This document shows, in pieces, positions 43,542-53,412 of a stretch of DNA of 64,000 nucleotides (position 1 is its first letter; each line of letters opens with the position of its first letter). The notes under the pieces are model-generated. The model did no database searches, had not been told where the DNA came from, and saw only the letters and a program-made list of their open reading frames with translations. Location: assembly GCA_964435035.1 (NCBI GenBank), contig CAYSXR010000003.1, positions 19,553 through 83,552 on the forward strand, written 5' to 3'. A program made the position numbers and the translations under genes. Origin of the DNA: an uncultured Gammaproteobacteria bacterium. Its GTDB lineage: Bacteria > Patescibacteriota > Patescibacteriia > Magasanikbacterales > UBA922.

Positions 43542-44720
43542 ATGAATACTATTAATGCACTGACACTCGACTTGGCACAAGAAGGATGGGAAACGTCTCG
43601 GGGATTTTTCAAGAGACAGATTGCTCGGCCAGAACTTAATGAAAAGGAAAATGTGCGTGATGCACTTTCGGTTATTGTAAAAGTTTCGTACGCGGGTGTG
43701 TGTGGGTCTGATCGAGGTATTTGGACCAGAAGTGCTTTTACTGAAATGTTTAAGGGTGCACTTGCAAAAGAAGATAAAACTCTTCGTGTCCTCGGACATG
43801 AGTTTGTGGGTGAAGTGGTAGAAGTAGGTTCACTGGTTGAAACAACGACCTATGATATTCGGGTGGGAAGTATGGTTTCTGGAGATTCTCATGTAACGTG
43901 TGGAAAATGTTATCAATGTCGGCTCGGAGAAGAAGAGGTGTGTCAGGATCAGGCGATTTTGGGAATTAGTATTGATGGGATTTTTGCAGAGTATGTGAAG
44001 ATTCCTGCAAAAAATTTGTGGGCAGTTGATTTTAATCGTGTACGACCAGAAATCTGTGCGATTTATGACCCCTTTGGTAATGCCGTGCATGCTCTTACCA
44101 AAGTTGATATGCGTGGTAGTCGTGTTGCTATTTTTGGTTGTGGCCAAATTGGTTTGTTTGCGGTACTTTTGGCGAAACATTTTGGTGCTGCAAAGGTAAT
44201 TGCGATTGATACGAATCCTCATAACCTTGCTATTGCTCGAGAGCTGGGGGCACATGAGACAATTCTCATTGACTCAAACGCTCATAAGAAAAATAGCTAT
44301 GATAGTGATGTTTCGGTGATTGAACAAATTAAGACGTTGACCTACGGAAAGGGAGTGGATGTAAGTCTTGAGATGGCTGGGTTTAATTCTTCGGTGAATA
44401 ATTGTATCGAAGCAACGCGATATGGTGGACATATTATTCTTTTTGGTATTAAAGATGGTGATTTCATGATTCCCAATTTTTCTCGCATGATTGTGAAAGG
44501 TTTTACGTTGCATAATGTTATTGGTCGTCAGATTTTCAAAACCTGGCAGATTGCTCAGCGAGTATTGTCGGATAATACTAATGGTATCCAGGAAGCGATC
44601 TGGAAAACGATTCTTAAAGAAGGCGGAGAAACTATCATCAAGTTGTCTGAGTATACACCTGAACTAATGGAAGATCGTATGAAGCATCATCCTAAGATAT
44701 TGTTTGATATTCAACATTAA
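43542..44720 (+). CDS. tdh: L-threonine 3-dehydrogenase (Zn-dependent)
   Basis: CGSD, GHEFVG, CGKCYQC..C, DPFGNAVH. Adjacent to kbl. Confidence 0.85.
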   Translation: MNTINALTLDLAQEGWETSRGFFKRQIARPELNEKENVRDALSVIVKVSYAGVCGSDRGIWTRSAFTEMFKGALAKEDKTLRVLGHEFVGEVVEVGSLVETTTYDIRVGSMVSGDSHVTCGKCYQCRLGEEEVCQDQAILGISIDGIFAEYVKIPAKNLWAVDFNRVRPEICAIYDPFGNAVHALTKVDMRGSRVAIFGCGQIGLFAVLLAKHFGAAKVIAIDTNPHNLAIARELGAHETILIDSNAHKKNSYDSDVSVIEQIKTLTYGKGVDVSLEMAGFNSSVNNCIEATRYGGHIILFGIKDGDFMIPNFSRMIVKGFTLHNVIGRQIFKTWQIAQRVLSDNTNGIQEAIWKTILKEGGETIIKLSEYTPELMEDRMKHHPKILFDIQH

Positions 44721-44725
44721 TACAT

Positions 44726-45913
44726 ATGAATTCACTACTTACTACTGTTGCGCAAGGAATACTTGATGAGATTGTAACTAATGGTCTGATCAAAAAGCAG
44801 CGTATCATTACTTCCAGACAAGGTGCAGTGATTGAGGCTGATGGGAAGAGCTTGATTAATTTTTGTGCGAATAATTATCTTGGTCTTGCTGGCCGTCAAG
44901 AATTAGTGGATGCTGGGAAAGAAGCGCTTGAAAAATACGGATACGGGATGTCATCAGTCCGTTTTATCTGTGGAACTCATCAGGTACATATTGATTTGGA
45001 AAAAAAATGTGCTGAGTTTTTACACAAAGAAGCGGCAATTGTTTTCACTTCATGTTGGGATGCCAATGAAGCAGTGTTTGCTACCTTACTCACTGATGCT
45101 GATGCAATTATTTCTGATGAACTAAATCATGCGAGTATTATTGATGGTGTGCGTCTGTGTAAAGCAGAACGACTGGTGTATAAACATATGGACATGGGTG
45201 ATCTCGAGGAACGATTGAAGGGGACACAGGGTAATCGTATGCGATGTGTAGTGACTGATGGAGTATTTAGTATGGATGGTCATATCGCTCCACTTAAGGC
45301 AGTGTGCGATTTGGCAGAAAAATATAATGCATTTGTAGTAGTGGATGATTCTCATGCCACGGGATTTATGGGGGATACTGGTCGAGGAGCGGTTGAGGCA
45401 TGTGGGGTACTCGATCGAGTGGATATCATCACTACTACTTTTGGTAAAGCTCTTGGTGGTGCGAATGGTGGGGTGATTGCCGGATCACAAGAAGTGGTTA
45501 ATGTATTACATCAGCGTGCTAGGACAACACTTTTTACCAATACATTGCCCCTGGTGGTCGCATCAGTTACATCGTTTGTTTTCGATTTTATTGATGCTCA
45601 TCCTGAATTACGTGAGAAATTGTGGGAGAACACACGCTACTTCCGTGAACAGATGAAGCAGGGCGGATTTACCGTTTCTGACTCAGTACATCCGATTGTG
45701 CCAATCATGCTTGGAGATGGCAAAGTGGCAAGTGATATGGCACGCGATATGATGGATGAGGGAATTTATGTAATCGGATTTAGTTATCCGGTTGTTCCTA
45801 TGGGTAAAGCTCGAATTCGGGTACAGATTTCTGCAATTCATACGAAAGAGCAGATTGATATCTTGGTATCTGCATTTGTAAAACTTGGCAAAAAGTACGG
45901 AATTATTTCTTAA
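44726..45913 (+). CDS. kbl: Glycine C-acetyltransferase (2-amino-3-ketobutyrate CoA ligase)
   Basis: NFCANNYLGL, SVRFICGT, DGVFSMDG, TFGKALGGA, KARIRVQISA. Confidence 0.95.
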   Translation: MNSLLTTVAQGILDEIVTNGLIKKQRIITSRQGAVIEADGKSLINFCANNYLGLAGRQELVDAGKEALEKYGYGMSSVRFICGTHQVHIDLEKKCAEFLHKEAAIVFTSCWDANEAVFATLLTDADAIISDELNHASIIDGVRLCKAERLVYKHMDMGDLEERLKGTQGNRMRCVVTDGVFSMDGHIAPLKAVCDLAEKYNAFVVVDDSHATGFMGDTGRGAVEACGVLDRVDIITTTFGKALGGANGGVIAGSQEVVNVLHQRARTTLFTNTLPLVVASVTSFVFDFIDAHPELREKLWENTRYFREQMKQGGFTVSDSVHPIVPIMLGDGKVASDMARDMMDEGIYVIGFSYPVVPMGKARIRVQISAIHTKEQIDILVSAFVKLGKKYGIIS

Positions 45914-45924
45914 TATCTTTTTGT

Positions 45925-47790
45925 ATGTGCGGAATAATTGGATACATTGGAAAAAAGGAGGCGTTATCCGTACTTGTTCAAGGATTACGTCGACTTGAAT
46001 ATCGTGGGTATGATAGTGCTGGACTTGCAGTCCTGCAAAGTCGAAAGTCGAAAGTTGAAAGTCAAAACGAAAATACGGATACATTCATTACGAGGGTTCG
46101 TTCTGTTGGTAAAATTGAAAACCTTGCACAAAAGGTAAAAGATTTTGATTTAACGAGTACTGTCGGGATTGCGCACACACGATGGGCGACGCATGGAGGA
46201 GTGACTGAAGAGAATGCTCATCCCCATGTTTCTCTCGATGGGAAGTTGGCAATTTGTCACAATGGTATCATTGAAAATTATCGTGAATTGAAAGATGGGC
46301 TTGTAAAAAAAGGATTTGTATTTGTATCTGAAACAGATACTGAAGTATTGGCGCATCTGATCGGATCTCTGTATTCTGGAAATTTGGTTACTGCTGTTGA
46401 AGCAGCACTCAAACGTGTGCGAGGTACATATGGTCTGGTCGTAATTCATACTGATTATCCAGATATGATTGTGGCTGCACGAATGGGAAGCCCCTTGGTG
46501 ATTGGAGTGGGAAAAGGTGAACATTTTGTTGCTAGTGATGCGACGCCGTTATTGCCCTATACTTCTGACATGGTATTTCTTGATGATGGCGAAGTTGCAG
46601 TTATTTCAAAAGATTCATTTGAGACATTTTCGAAGTCCCATAAACATGTTGAAAAGGAAGTCACTATTATTGAGTGGAGTGAAGCCGAAGCACAGACACA
46701 GGGCTATCCACATTTTATGATTAAGGAAATTTTTGATCAACCTACAGTATTTGAAGATGCTATTCGAGGGAGATATGATCTCGAGGAAGGAACCGCGCGA
46801 CTCGGTGGATTGAATATGACCGAAGCCCAGATGCGAAGTATCAAACGGATTATTCTTATTGCGTGTGGTACTGCATCGTACGCTGGAATGGCTGGTAAAT
46901 ATGCCTTTGAACGCTTAGCCGGAATTCCAACTGAGGTGGATGTGGCAAGTGAATTTCGGTATCGCGATCCAATTATTGATCATGAAACATTGGTATTTGG
47001 AATTTCACAATCTGGAGAAACTGCAGATACGCTTGCAGCACTTCGTGAAGCAAAACGAAAAGGAGCATTTGTACGAGGAATTGTGAATGTGGTCGGCTCA
47101 ACTATTGCGAGAGAGACTGATGGAGGAACGTATATTCATGCAGGCCCTGAGCTCGCTGTCGCTTCGACCAAGGCCTATACTAATATGGTTGCGATACTCA
47201 CTCTGTATGCACTTCAATTTGGTCGATTAAAACGGCTTACCCCAGCTACGGGTCAGCGAATACTTAAAGCACTACTTGAAGTACCACGGAAAATGAATGC
47301 AGTTCTTGAAACACGAGAGCATATTAAGGCACTCGCACTTTCGTATAAAGATTATCACAATATGTATTTTTTGGGTCGAGGAATTAATTATCCAATTGCG
47401 CTTGAAGGATCGCTCAAGCTCAAGGAAATTGCGTATATTCATAGTGAGGGATATCCGGGTGGAGAAATGAAGCATGGTCCGATTGCACTACTCAGTAAAG
47501 ATTTTCCAGTGTTAGCGATCATGACGAAGGATCAATTGTATGAAAAAATGAGAAGCAATGTGGAAGAAGTTCGTGCGCGAGGAGCTCGTTTACTCTTGAT
47601 TGCAACTGAGGGAGATGAGTCTGCAAAAGCGCTTGCTGATGATGTTATCTATGTTCCTGAAACCATGGAACTTCTTCAACCATTAGTTAATACACTTCCG
47701 CTCCAGATTTTTGCGTATGAAATTGCCGTAGCTTTGGGGCGAGATGTTGACCGACCAAGGAATTTGGCAAAAAGTGTGACGGTGGAGTAG
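45925..47790 (+). CDS. glmS: Glutamine--fructose-6-phosphate aminotransferase
   Basis: MCGIIG, LEYRGYDSAG, HTRWATHG, SQSGETADT, PRNLAKSVTVE. Confidence 0.98.
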   Translation: MCGIIGYIGKKEALSVLVQGLRRLEYRGYDSAGLAVLQSRKSKVESQNENTDTFITRVRSVGKIENLAQKVKDFDLTSTVGIAHTRWATHGGVTEENAHPHVSLDGKLAICHNGIIENYRELKDGLVKKGFVFVSETDTEVLAHLIGSLYSGNLVTAVEAALKRVRGTYGLVVIHTDYPDMIVAARMGSPLVIGVGKGEHFVASDATPLLPYTSDMVFLDDGEVAVISKDSFETFSKSHKHVEKEVTIIEWSEAEAQTQGYPHFMIKEIFDQPTVFEDAIRGRYDLEEGTARLGGLNMTEAQMRSIKRIILIACGTASYAGMAGKYAFERLAGIPTEVDVASEFRYRDPIIDHETLVFGISQSGETADTLAALREAKRKGAFVRGIVNVVGSTIARETDGGTYIHAGPELAVASTKAYTNMVAILTLYALQFGRLKRLTPATGQRILKALLEVPRKMNAVLETREHIKALALSYKDYHNMYFLGRGINYPIALEGSLKLKEIAYIHSEGYPGGEMKHGPIALLSKDFPVLAIMTKDQLYEKMRSNVEEVRARGARLLLIATEGDESAKALADDVIYVPETMELLQPLVNTLPLQIFAYEIAVALGRDVDRPRNLAKSVTVE

Positions 47791-47833
47791 AAAAGTTTTC
47801 TAGTTTATTAGTTGTCTGGTTATCTAGTTGATT

Positions 47834-48268
47834 ATGTATAAAGCTATTATCTTTGATTTTGAGGGAACCATGGTTCATGGTGACAGGGTGTATAGCGATG
47901 TACGCCATTTGGTTATCCGATTAAAGGAAGCCGGAGTAAAGTTAGGGATTGCATCAAACACGTCGACACACTCTATCAAAGAACGATTAGAAAAAAACAA
48001 ATTACTTCAGTATTTTGATACTATTGTGGGGATTGATCAGGTTGACTATATAGGTAAGCCTGCGCCTGATATGTTTTTGCTAGTTGCTGAAAATTTGGGG
48101 GTTGAGGTAAAGGACTGTGTGGTAATTGAAGATTCAGTGAGTGGGATTGAAGGAGCTACTGCAGCCAGGATGTCCTCATTATTGATTAGAGGAGCAACAC
48201 ATTCCGCCGCAATATATGTTTGTAAAGATTTAGATGATGAGGAATTGAATCGTATTTTATTTTTGTAA
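47834..48268 (+). CDS. HAD family phosphatase (short, capless; DxE variant of motif I)
   Basis: IIFDFEGT, KPAPD, VIEDS. Confidence 0.78.
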   Translation: MYKAIIFDFEGTMVHGDRVYSDVRHLVIRLKEAGVKLGIASNTSTHSIKERLEKNKLLQYFDTIVGIDQVDYIGKPAPDMFLLVAENLGVEVKDCVVIEDSVSGIEGATAARMSSLLIRGATHSAAIYVCKDLDDEELNRILFL

Positions 48269-48269
48269 T

Positions 48270-49229
48270 ATGGATCAAAAGAAAAAAGTAGTAATTCTTG
48301 GTGGAGGAAATGGTGGGTCAATTTCCATTCGGGCTATGAAACAATTTCTCAATGAGTATTCGATTTCTGCAATTATTGCGATGAGTGATTCAGGAGGTTC
48401 ATCTGGTAAATTGCGTCAGGAATTAGGGGTGCTTCCGCCGGGAGATATATTACGTGCTGTACTTGCCATGAGTACCTATGATTATGATTTACTTAAGCGC
48501 ATTTTTTACGATACTCGATATTCAGAAAAAGGAAAACTACAAGGATTTGGAATCGGGCATTTATTTTTGGCGCTTGTTGAAAAATATAATGGAGGAATTA
48601 TTGATGCGGTCCGTGCGCTTGCCCAAGCAGTCGATGCCGTAGGTCCGGTATTTCCAGTTACGCTTGGATCAAGTGATTTGTGTGTGGAATTAATTGATGG
48701 AATAATTGTAAAAGGCGAACATGAAATCGACGAACCCGCGTGGGATCGCGCACTTAAAATTAAACGAGCGTGGCTGGAACCCGAAACAACTCCGCTCTAT
48801 GATCGCGTACGAAAAGAAATTCTCGAAGCTGATGTAATTATTATTGGACCAGGCAGTTTTTACACGAGTATTGTTGCAACACTTCTACCCGCTGGAATGA
48901 AAGAAGCGCTTGGTCAGTCAAAAGCAAAACTTATTTTTGTTTCAGGAAATGTGGTTGAGAGCAATGGTGAAACAGGCCCTACGTCTACGAGTGAAATTAT
49001 TGGTATACTACACACCTATTTACCTCGTGAGGTAGATGTGGTAATTTCAAATACTGCAGTGCTTAATTCGAAACAGAGGTCCTATTATCAGGAGAAAGGT
49101 TGGGAAAAGATTGTGATCGATCATAATCATATAGATGTCCCTATTATTGCTGCACCATTTGAATTATCAGAAGGTGGATATGACCCTGTGGTTCTTGGAC
49201 GATTAATTCATAAGTATATTTCGAAATAA
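48270..49229 (+). CDS. YvcK/GlmR (UPF0052, CofD-like) protein
   Basis: VILGGGNG, MSDSGGSSG, LPPGDI, IGPGSFYTS. Confidence 0.9.
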   Translation: MDQKKKVVILGGGNGGSISIRAMKQFLNEYSISAIIAMSDSGGSSGKLRQELGVLPPGDILRAVLAMSTYDYDLLKRIFYDTRYSEKGKLQGFGIGHLFLALVEKYNGGIIDAVRALAQAVDAVGPVFPVTLGSSDLCVELIDGIIVKGEHEIDEPAWDRALKIKRAWLEPETTPLYDRVRKEILEADVIIIGPGSFYTSIVATLLPAGMKEALGQSKAKLIFVSGNVVESNGETGPTSTSEIIGILHTYLPREVDVVISNTAVLNSKQRSYYQEKGWEKIVIDHNHIDVPIIAAPFELSEGGYDPVVLGRLIHKYISK

Positions 49230-49236
49230 GATTGAT

Positions 49237-49581
49237 ATGTTGAATTATAAAATTACCCACGCAGAAGTACACACTTTGGGAATCCGTATTTCAGTGACGG
49301 GCACTATTGGGGTTGAAGTTGGACATGTCTATGTATTTTTTATTACGAATGATTTGCACGAACAACCATACGCACTTTTTGAAGATTTGTGTGTGATTGC
49401 AAGTGAGCGTAGTCGCGGAGTTGGGAATACACTTCTCACTGAAGCGATTAAACTTGCGACTGAACGTGGATGCTACAAGATTCTTGCAACATCTCGGACT
49501 GAGCGAGAAGAGGTTCATGCATGGTATGGGCGGAAGGGTTTTGAAAAATTCGGTTATGAATTTAGAATGGAATTGAATTAA
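49237..49581 (+). CDS. GNAT acetyltransferase, GNA1-like
   Basis: FEDLCV...RSRGVG..L...A...GCYKI...WY...GF. Confidence 0.8.
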   Translation: MLNYKITHAEVHTLGIRISVTGTIGVEVGHVYVFFITNDLHEQPYALFEDLCVIASERSRGVGNTLLTEAIKLATERGCYKILATSRTEREEVHAWYGRKGFEKFGYEFRMELN

Positions 49582-49589
49582 TTTTTTTT

Positions 49590-50465
49590 ATGACAGATAT
49601 TACACTTGCAATTACTAAATCTTCGAAAGAATATGAGCTCCTAGATAGCGGAGATGGAGAGAAGCTTGAACGATATGGAGATGTCATTTTTCGGAGACCT
49701 GATCCACAAGCATTGTGGGCAAAAAGTTTGAATATACAAGAGTGGAACAAAGCACACGCTTCTTTTAATCGAGATGGTAAAAAAGGAGATTGGAATTTGA
49801 AAAAAGGAATACCTGAAAAATGGCAGATTGAATTTGGAAATTTGAAATTGTGGATTCGTCCTACGTCTTTTAAGCATACTGGATTATTTCCTGAACAGTT
49901 GCCCAATTGGGATTGGATGAGAGAAAAAATTACCCAAGCAAAACGAGACGTGAATGTTTTGAATTTGTTTGGCTATACGGGAGGAGCTTCTCTTGCTGCT
50001 GCTCAGGCTGGAGCATCTGTTGTGCATGTGGACGGGTCGAAAGTCGCAATTCAGTGGGGCAAAGATAATGCAAAAACTTCAGGGCTAGAAGACAAACCAA
50101 TACGATGGATTCTTGATGATGCTCGGGTATTTGTAAAACGAGAAATTAAACGAGGAAACAGATATGATGGAATTTTGCTTGATCCTCCAGCATTTGGGCA
50201 TGGTCCAAAAAAAGAATTGTGGAAAATCGAAGATCATTTGCCTGAGCTTTTGAAATTGTGTACTGAGATTGTATCAGATAAACCAGTGTTTTTCTTGATC
50301 AATGGTTATGCCTCAGGATATTCCTCGATTGCATATGAAAATAATTTGAAGCAGCTACTTCACAAGTTTGGTGGGAGTTTTGAAAAAGGCGAGTTGGCAA
50401 TTGAAGAATCAAAATCTGGAAAATTACTTCCATGCGGCATATTTTCACGGTGGAGTTCAGTATAG
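49590..50465 (+). CDS. Class I SAM-dependent methyltransferase (RlmI/RlmK-like)
   Basis: KHTGLFPEQ, LNLFGYTG, LDPPAFG. Confidence 0.85.
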   Translation: MTDITLAITKSSKEYELLDSGDGEKLERYGDVIFRRPDPQALWAKSLNIQEWNKAHASFNRDGKKGDWNLKKGIPEKWQIEFGNLKLWIRPTSFKHTGLFPEQLPNWDWMREKITQAKRDVNVLNLFGYTGGASLAAAQAGASVVHVDGSKVAIQWGKDNAKTSGLEDKPIRWILDDARVFVKREIKRGNRYDGILLDPPAFGHGPKKELWKIEDHLPELLKLCTEIVSDKPVFFLINGYASGYSSIAYENNLKQLLHKFGGSFEKGELAIEESKSGKLLPCGIFSRWSSV

Positions 50466-50467
50466 CT

Positions 50468-51109
50468 ATGAAAGTTCTCTACGAAGACAATCATGTGATT
50501 GCAGTATGGAAAGAAGCTCGTATTCCTGTGCAAGGGGATGAATCGGGGGACGTAAGTCTCATGGATATGGTAAAAGAGTATCTCAAAGAAAAATATCAGA
50601 AACCCGGGGCAGTTTTTTTGGGTCTCATCCATCGTCTTGATCGTCCCGTAGCTGGAATTGTGGTTTTTGGAAAAACGAGCAAGGGCGCTTCCCGATTGAG
50701 CGAACAATTTCGAATGCATACCGTGAAAAAAATTTATCATGCGCTTGTTGAAGGGAAATTTGAAAAACAAAAAGGAACTCTCATTAATTATCTTCTGAAA
50801 GATACTGAAAAAAATTTTGTAACCGTATACGATGCACCATATAGGGACGCAAAAGAAGCTGAATTGTCATATAAGGTGATTGGCACGAAAGGTGAACATA
50901 CTATTGTTGAAATAGAATTACAGACTGGACGATCACATCAGATTAGAACCCAGTTCGCGCATATTGGTCATCCATTGGTCGGAGACCATAAGTATGGATC
51001 AAAAGCGACCTATCAGACAGGAGCTCTTGCTCTCGCGGCAGTAAGGTTAGAATTTGATCAGCCGGTAAGCGGGGAGCGAATTGTGATTAGTGAATCTGCA
51101 ACCTTTTAG
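50468..51109 (+). CDS. RluA-family pseudouridine synthase
   Basis: HRLDRPVAG, TGRSHQIR, GDHKYG. Confidence 0.92.
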   Translation: MKVLYEDNHVIAVWKEARIPVQGDESGDVSLMDMVKEYLKEKYQKPGAVFLGLIHRLDRPVAGIVVFGKTSKGASRLSEQFRMHTVKKIYHALVEGKFEKQKGTLINYLLKDTEKNFVTVYDAPYRDAKEAELSYKVIGTKGEHTIVEIELQTGRSHQIRTQFAHIGHPLVGDHKYGSKATYQTGALALAAVRLEFDQPVSGERIVISESATF

Positions 51110-51112
51110 TCT

Positions 51113-51583
51113 ATGGATATTAAAATCGTAAATTATAAAAATTCAGATTCAGAAGAGGTTTCATCGCTTGTTCGCCGTGTGTCAAAGAAATATTTATTTC
51201 AAAAGGACCAAGCGGATGCTTCTTTTTCTTATATTAATCTTTTTGATCCAAAGAAAAATAGTACATTAGCAGAAGAATATCAGACAAGTCCGATTTTTCT
51301 TATTGCTAAACAAGATGGTAAAATAGTAGGAATGGCGCGGGCAAGAAGAATAGAAAAACTCTCCAATTTATTTATTGAAGGACGATTACAGCGACAGGGT
51401 TTTGGTAGTATATTATTGAAAAGGTTTGAAACGGTTGCAAAAAATCAGGGATGGAAAAAAGTAAAATTAAACTCATCGCCTACATCTATAATATTTTATG
51501 AAAAAAACGGGTATAAAAAGTCAACCAACCTTAAGAAAGGTAGACATGGTTTGATAATTCAACCAATGAGAAAAATTTTATGA
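51113..51583 (+). CDS. GNAT acetyltransferase
   Basis: LFIEGRLQRQGFGS, FYEKNGY. Confidence 0.85.
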   Translation: MDIKIVNYKNSDSEEVSSLVRRVSKKYLFQKDQADASFSYINLFDPKKNSTLAEEYQTSPIFLIAKQDGKIVGMARARRIEKLSNLFIEGRLQRQGFGSILLKRFETVAKNQGWKKVKLNSSPTSIIFYEKNGYKKSTNLKKGRHGLIIQPMRKIL

Positions 51584-52737
51584 ACCTCTACGAATTTGAA
51601 GGGAAAGAATTATTTGCAGCTCATGGCATTGCTATACCAAAAGGTGTGGTAGTTCGTCGTGGAGAAAATGTCGCAGATGCGTATACTACACTCGGGGTTT
51701 CTGATGTTGTAGTAAAAGCTCAGGTATTATCAGGGAAACGAGGTAAAAATAATGCGATACGATTTTGTTCTTCGGTCGAAGAGGTGGTGCAAGCATGTGA
51801 AGAGATATTTCAGATGCAGGTTCGAGGGCAGTATGTCGCTGCTATTCGAATTGAAGAAAAATTAGCAATTGCAGAAGAACATTATCTGTCGATCAGCTAT
51901 GATAGTCAGATTCGTCAGCCTGTTTTGGTTTATTCTACAAAAGGTGGGGTGGATATAGAAGATGTGCAAGAAAAAGATATACGAAAAGAGCATCTTGATA
52001 TACGAAATGAAAAATTAGATTTTGCTGATATTCCTTTTGCACAGGAATTATGGAATTGTTTTCTAGGGGAAGATGCGCGCCAGGTGGAAATTAATCCATT
52101 GGTCAAAACAACCACTAACAAATGGATTGCAGCTGACGCAAAAGTTGCACTTGATGATGACGCATTTTATCGTCATGAATCATGGAAAAATTATGAAGCG
52201 CGAACTATGATGGGAAGACTTCCGACTGAACGCGAAAAAGAAGTCACTGCAATTGATGCAGGTGAGGATTATTATCGAGGCACTGCTGGAAAATATATTG
52301 AAATGGATGGAGATATTGCAATTTTATTTTCTGGCGGGGGAGCGAGTATTGCTAATATGGATGCACTTATTAAGACTGGACTCAAACCTGCAAATTATAC
52401 TGAGTATTCGGGAAATCCTCCGCGGGAAAAAGTGCGGGATTTGGCAAAAATTGTATTATCAAAATCAGTGCTTAGAGGATTGTGGATTGCTGGCGGGGTG
52501 GCAAATTTTACTAATGTACAAGAAACGTTTAATGGAATTGTTGATGCACTTGATGAAATCAAACCTACGTATCCGATTGTCGTACGTCGAGCCGGTCCCT
52601 ATGAAGCAGAAGGAATGGAATTGATGCGAGCATGTGCGGAGCGGAATAATTTGAATATAAAATTATGTGGGAAAGAAGTGAGCATGAGCAAGACTGCGTA
52701 TACACTTGCAAAGATGGTTGGTGAGGGTTCGTACTAG
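51580..52737 (+). CDS. ATP-citrate lyase beta / citryl-CoA synthetase large subunit-like
   Basis: ATP-grasp (LYEFEGK, VKAQV, EINPL, DAK) plus citrate-binding GGGAS, NYTEYSGNP, GGVANFT. Confidence 0.82.
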   Translation: MNLYEFEGKELFAAHGIAIPKGVVVRRGENVADAYTTLGVSDVVVKAQVLSGKRGKNNAIRFCSSVEEVVQACEEIFQMQVRGQYVAAIRIEEKLAIAEEHYLSISYDSQIRQPVLVYSTKGGVDIEDVQEKDIRKEHLDIRNEKLDFADIPFAQELWNCFLGEDARQVEINPLVKTTTNKWIAADAKVALDDDAFYRHESWKNYEARTMMGRLPTEREKEVTAIDAGEDYYRGTAGKYIEMDGDIAILFSGGGASIANMDALIKTGLKPANYTEYSGNPPREKVRDLAKIVLSKSVLRGLWIAGGVANFTNVQETFNGIVDALDEIKPTYPIVVRRAGPYEAEGMELMRACAERNNLNIKLCGKEVSMSKTAYTLAKMVGEGSY

Positions 52738-52806
52738 CGCAAAATGCATGTTTGGGCTATAGTATAGATGTTTTATTTATCTTTTTTTATTCTTATCTTC
52801 ATACGT

Positions 52807-53403
52807 ATGAAGTCATGGCTTATTGGTGGAGGAATCCTCGTAGTTATCGTAATGTGGCTCACGGGCACGTATAATTCATTTGTACGTCTAGATGAGGATG
52901 TTTCAACTGCGTGGGGACAGGTAGAGAATCAGTATCAGCGTAGAATGGACCTTATTCCCAATATCGTTTCTACTGTTGAGGGGGCGGCAAATTATGAAAA
53001 GTCGACTTTACGTGATGTGATTGAAGCACGCGCAAAGGCAACGCAGGTAACTCTCTCACCAGAATTATTGAGTAATCCTGAAGCATTTCAGCAATTTCAA
53101 CAAAGTCAGGGAGAGCTCAGTGGAGCTTTGTCACGGTTGCTCGTCTCTTTTGAGGCATATCCGGATCTCAAAGTAAATCAAAATTTTTTGGCTCTTCAAA
53201 CTGAACTTGAAGGAACTGAAAATAGAATCTCAACCGAGCGCATGCGCTATAATGAGGTGGTACGTCTCTATAACATAAGAGCTAAGGGTATTCCAGGTGT
53301 ATTCTTTGTTTCATTATTTGGGTTCGATAGAGAAAGACAATTGTTTTCGGCTACTGAAGGTGCAAACACTCCTCCCAAAGTTGACTTTAATAGTGGATCA
53401 TAA
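52807..53403 (+). CDS. lemA: LemA family protein
   Basis: QYQRRMDLIPN, EAYPDLK, ELEGTENRI. Confidence 0.93.
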   Translation: MKSWLIGGGILVVIVMWLTGTYNSFVRLDEDVSTAWGQVENQYQRRMDLIPNIVSTVEGAANYEKSTLRDVIEARAKATQVTLSPELLSNPEAFQQFQQSQGELSGALSRLLVSFEAYPDLKVNQNFLALQTELEGTENRISTERMRYNEVVRLYNIRAKGIPGVFFVSLFGFDRERQLFSATEGANTPPKVDFNSGS

Positions 53404-53412
53404 TTTTTCACT

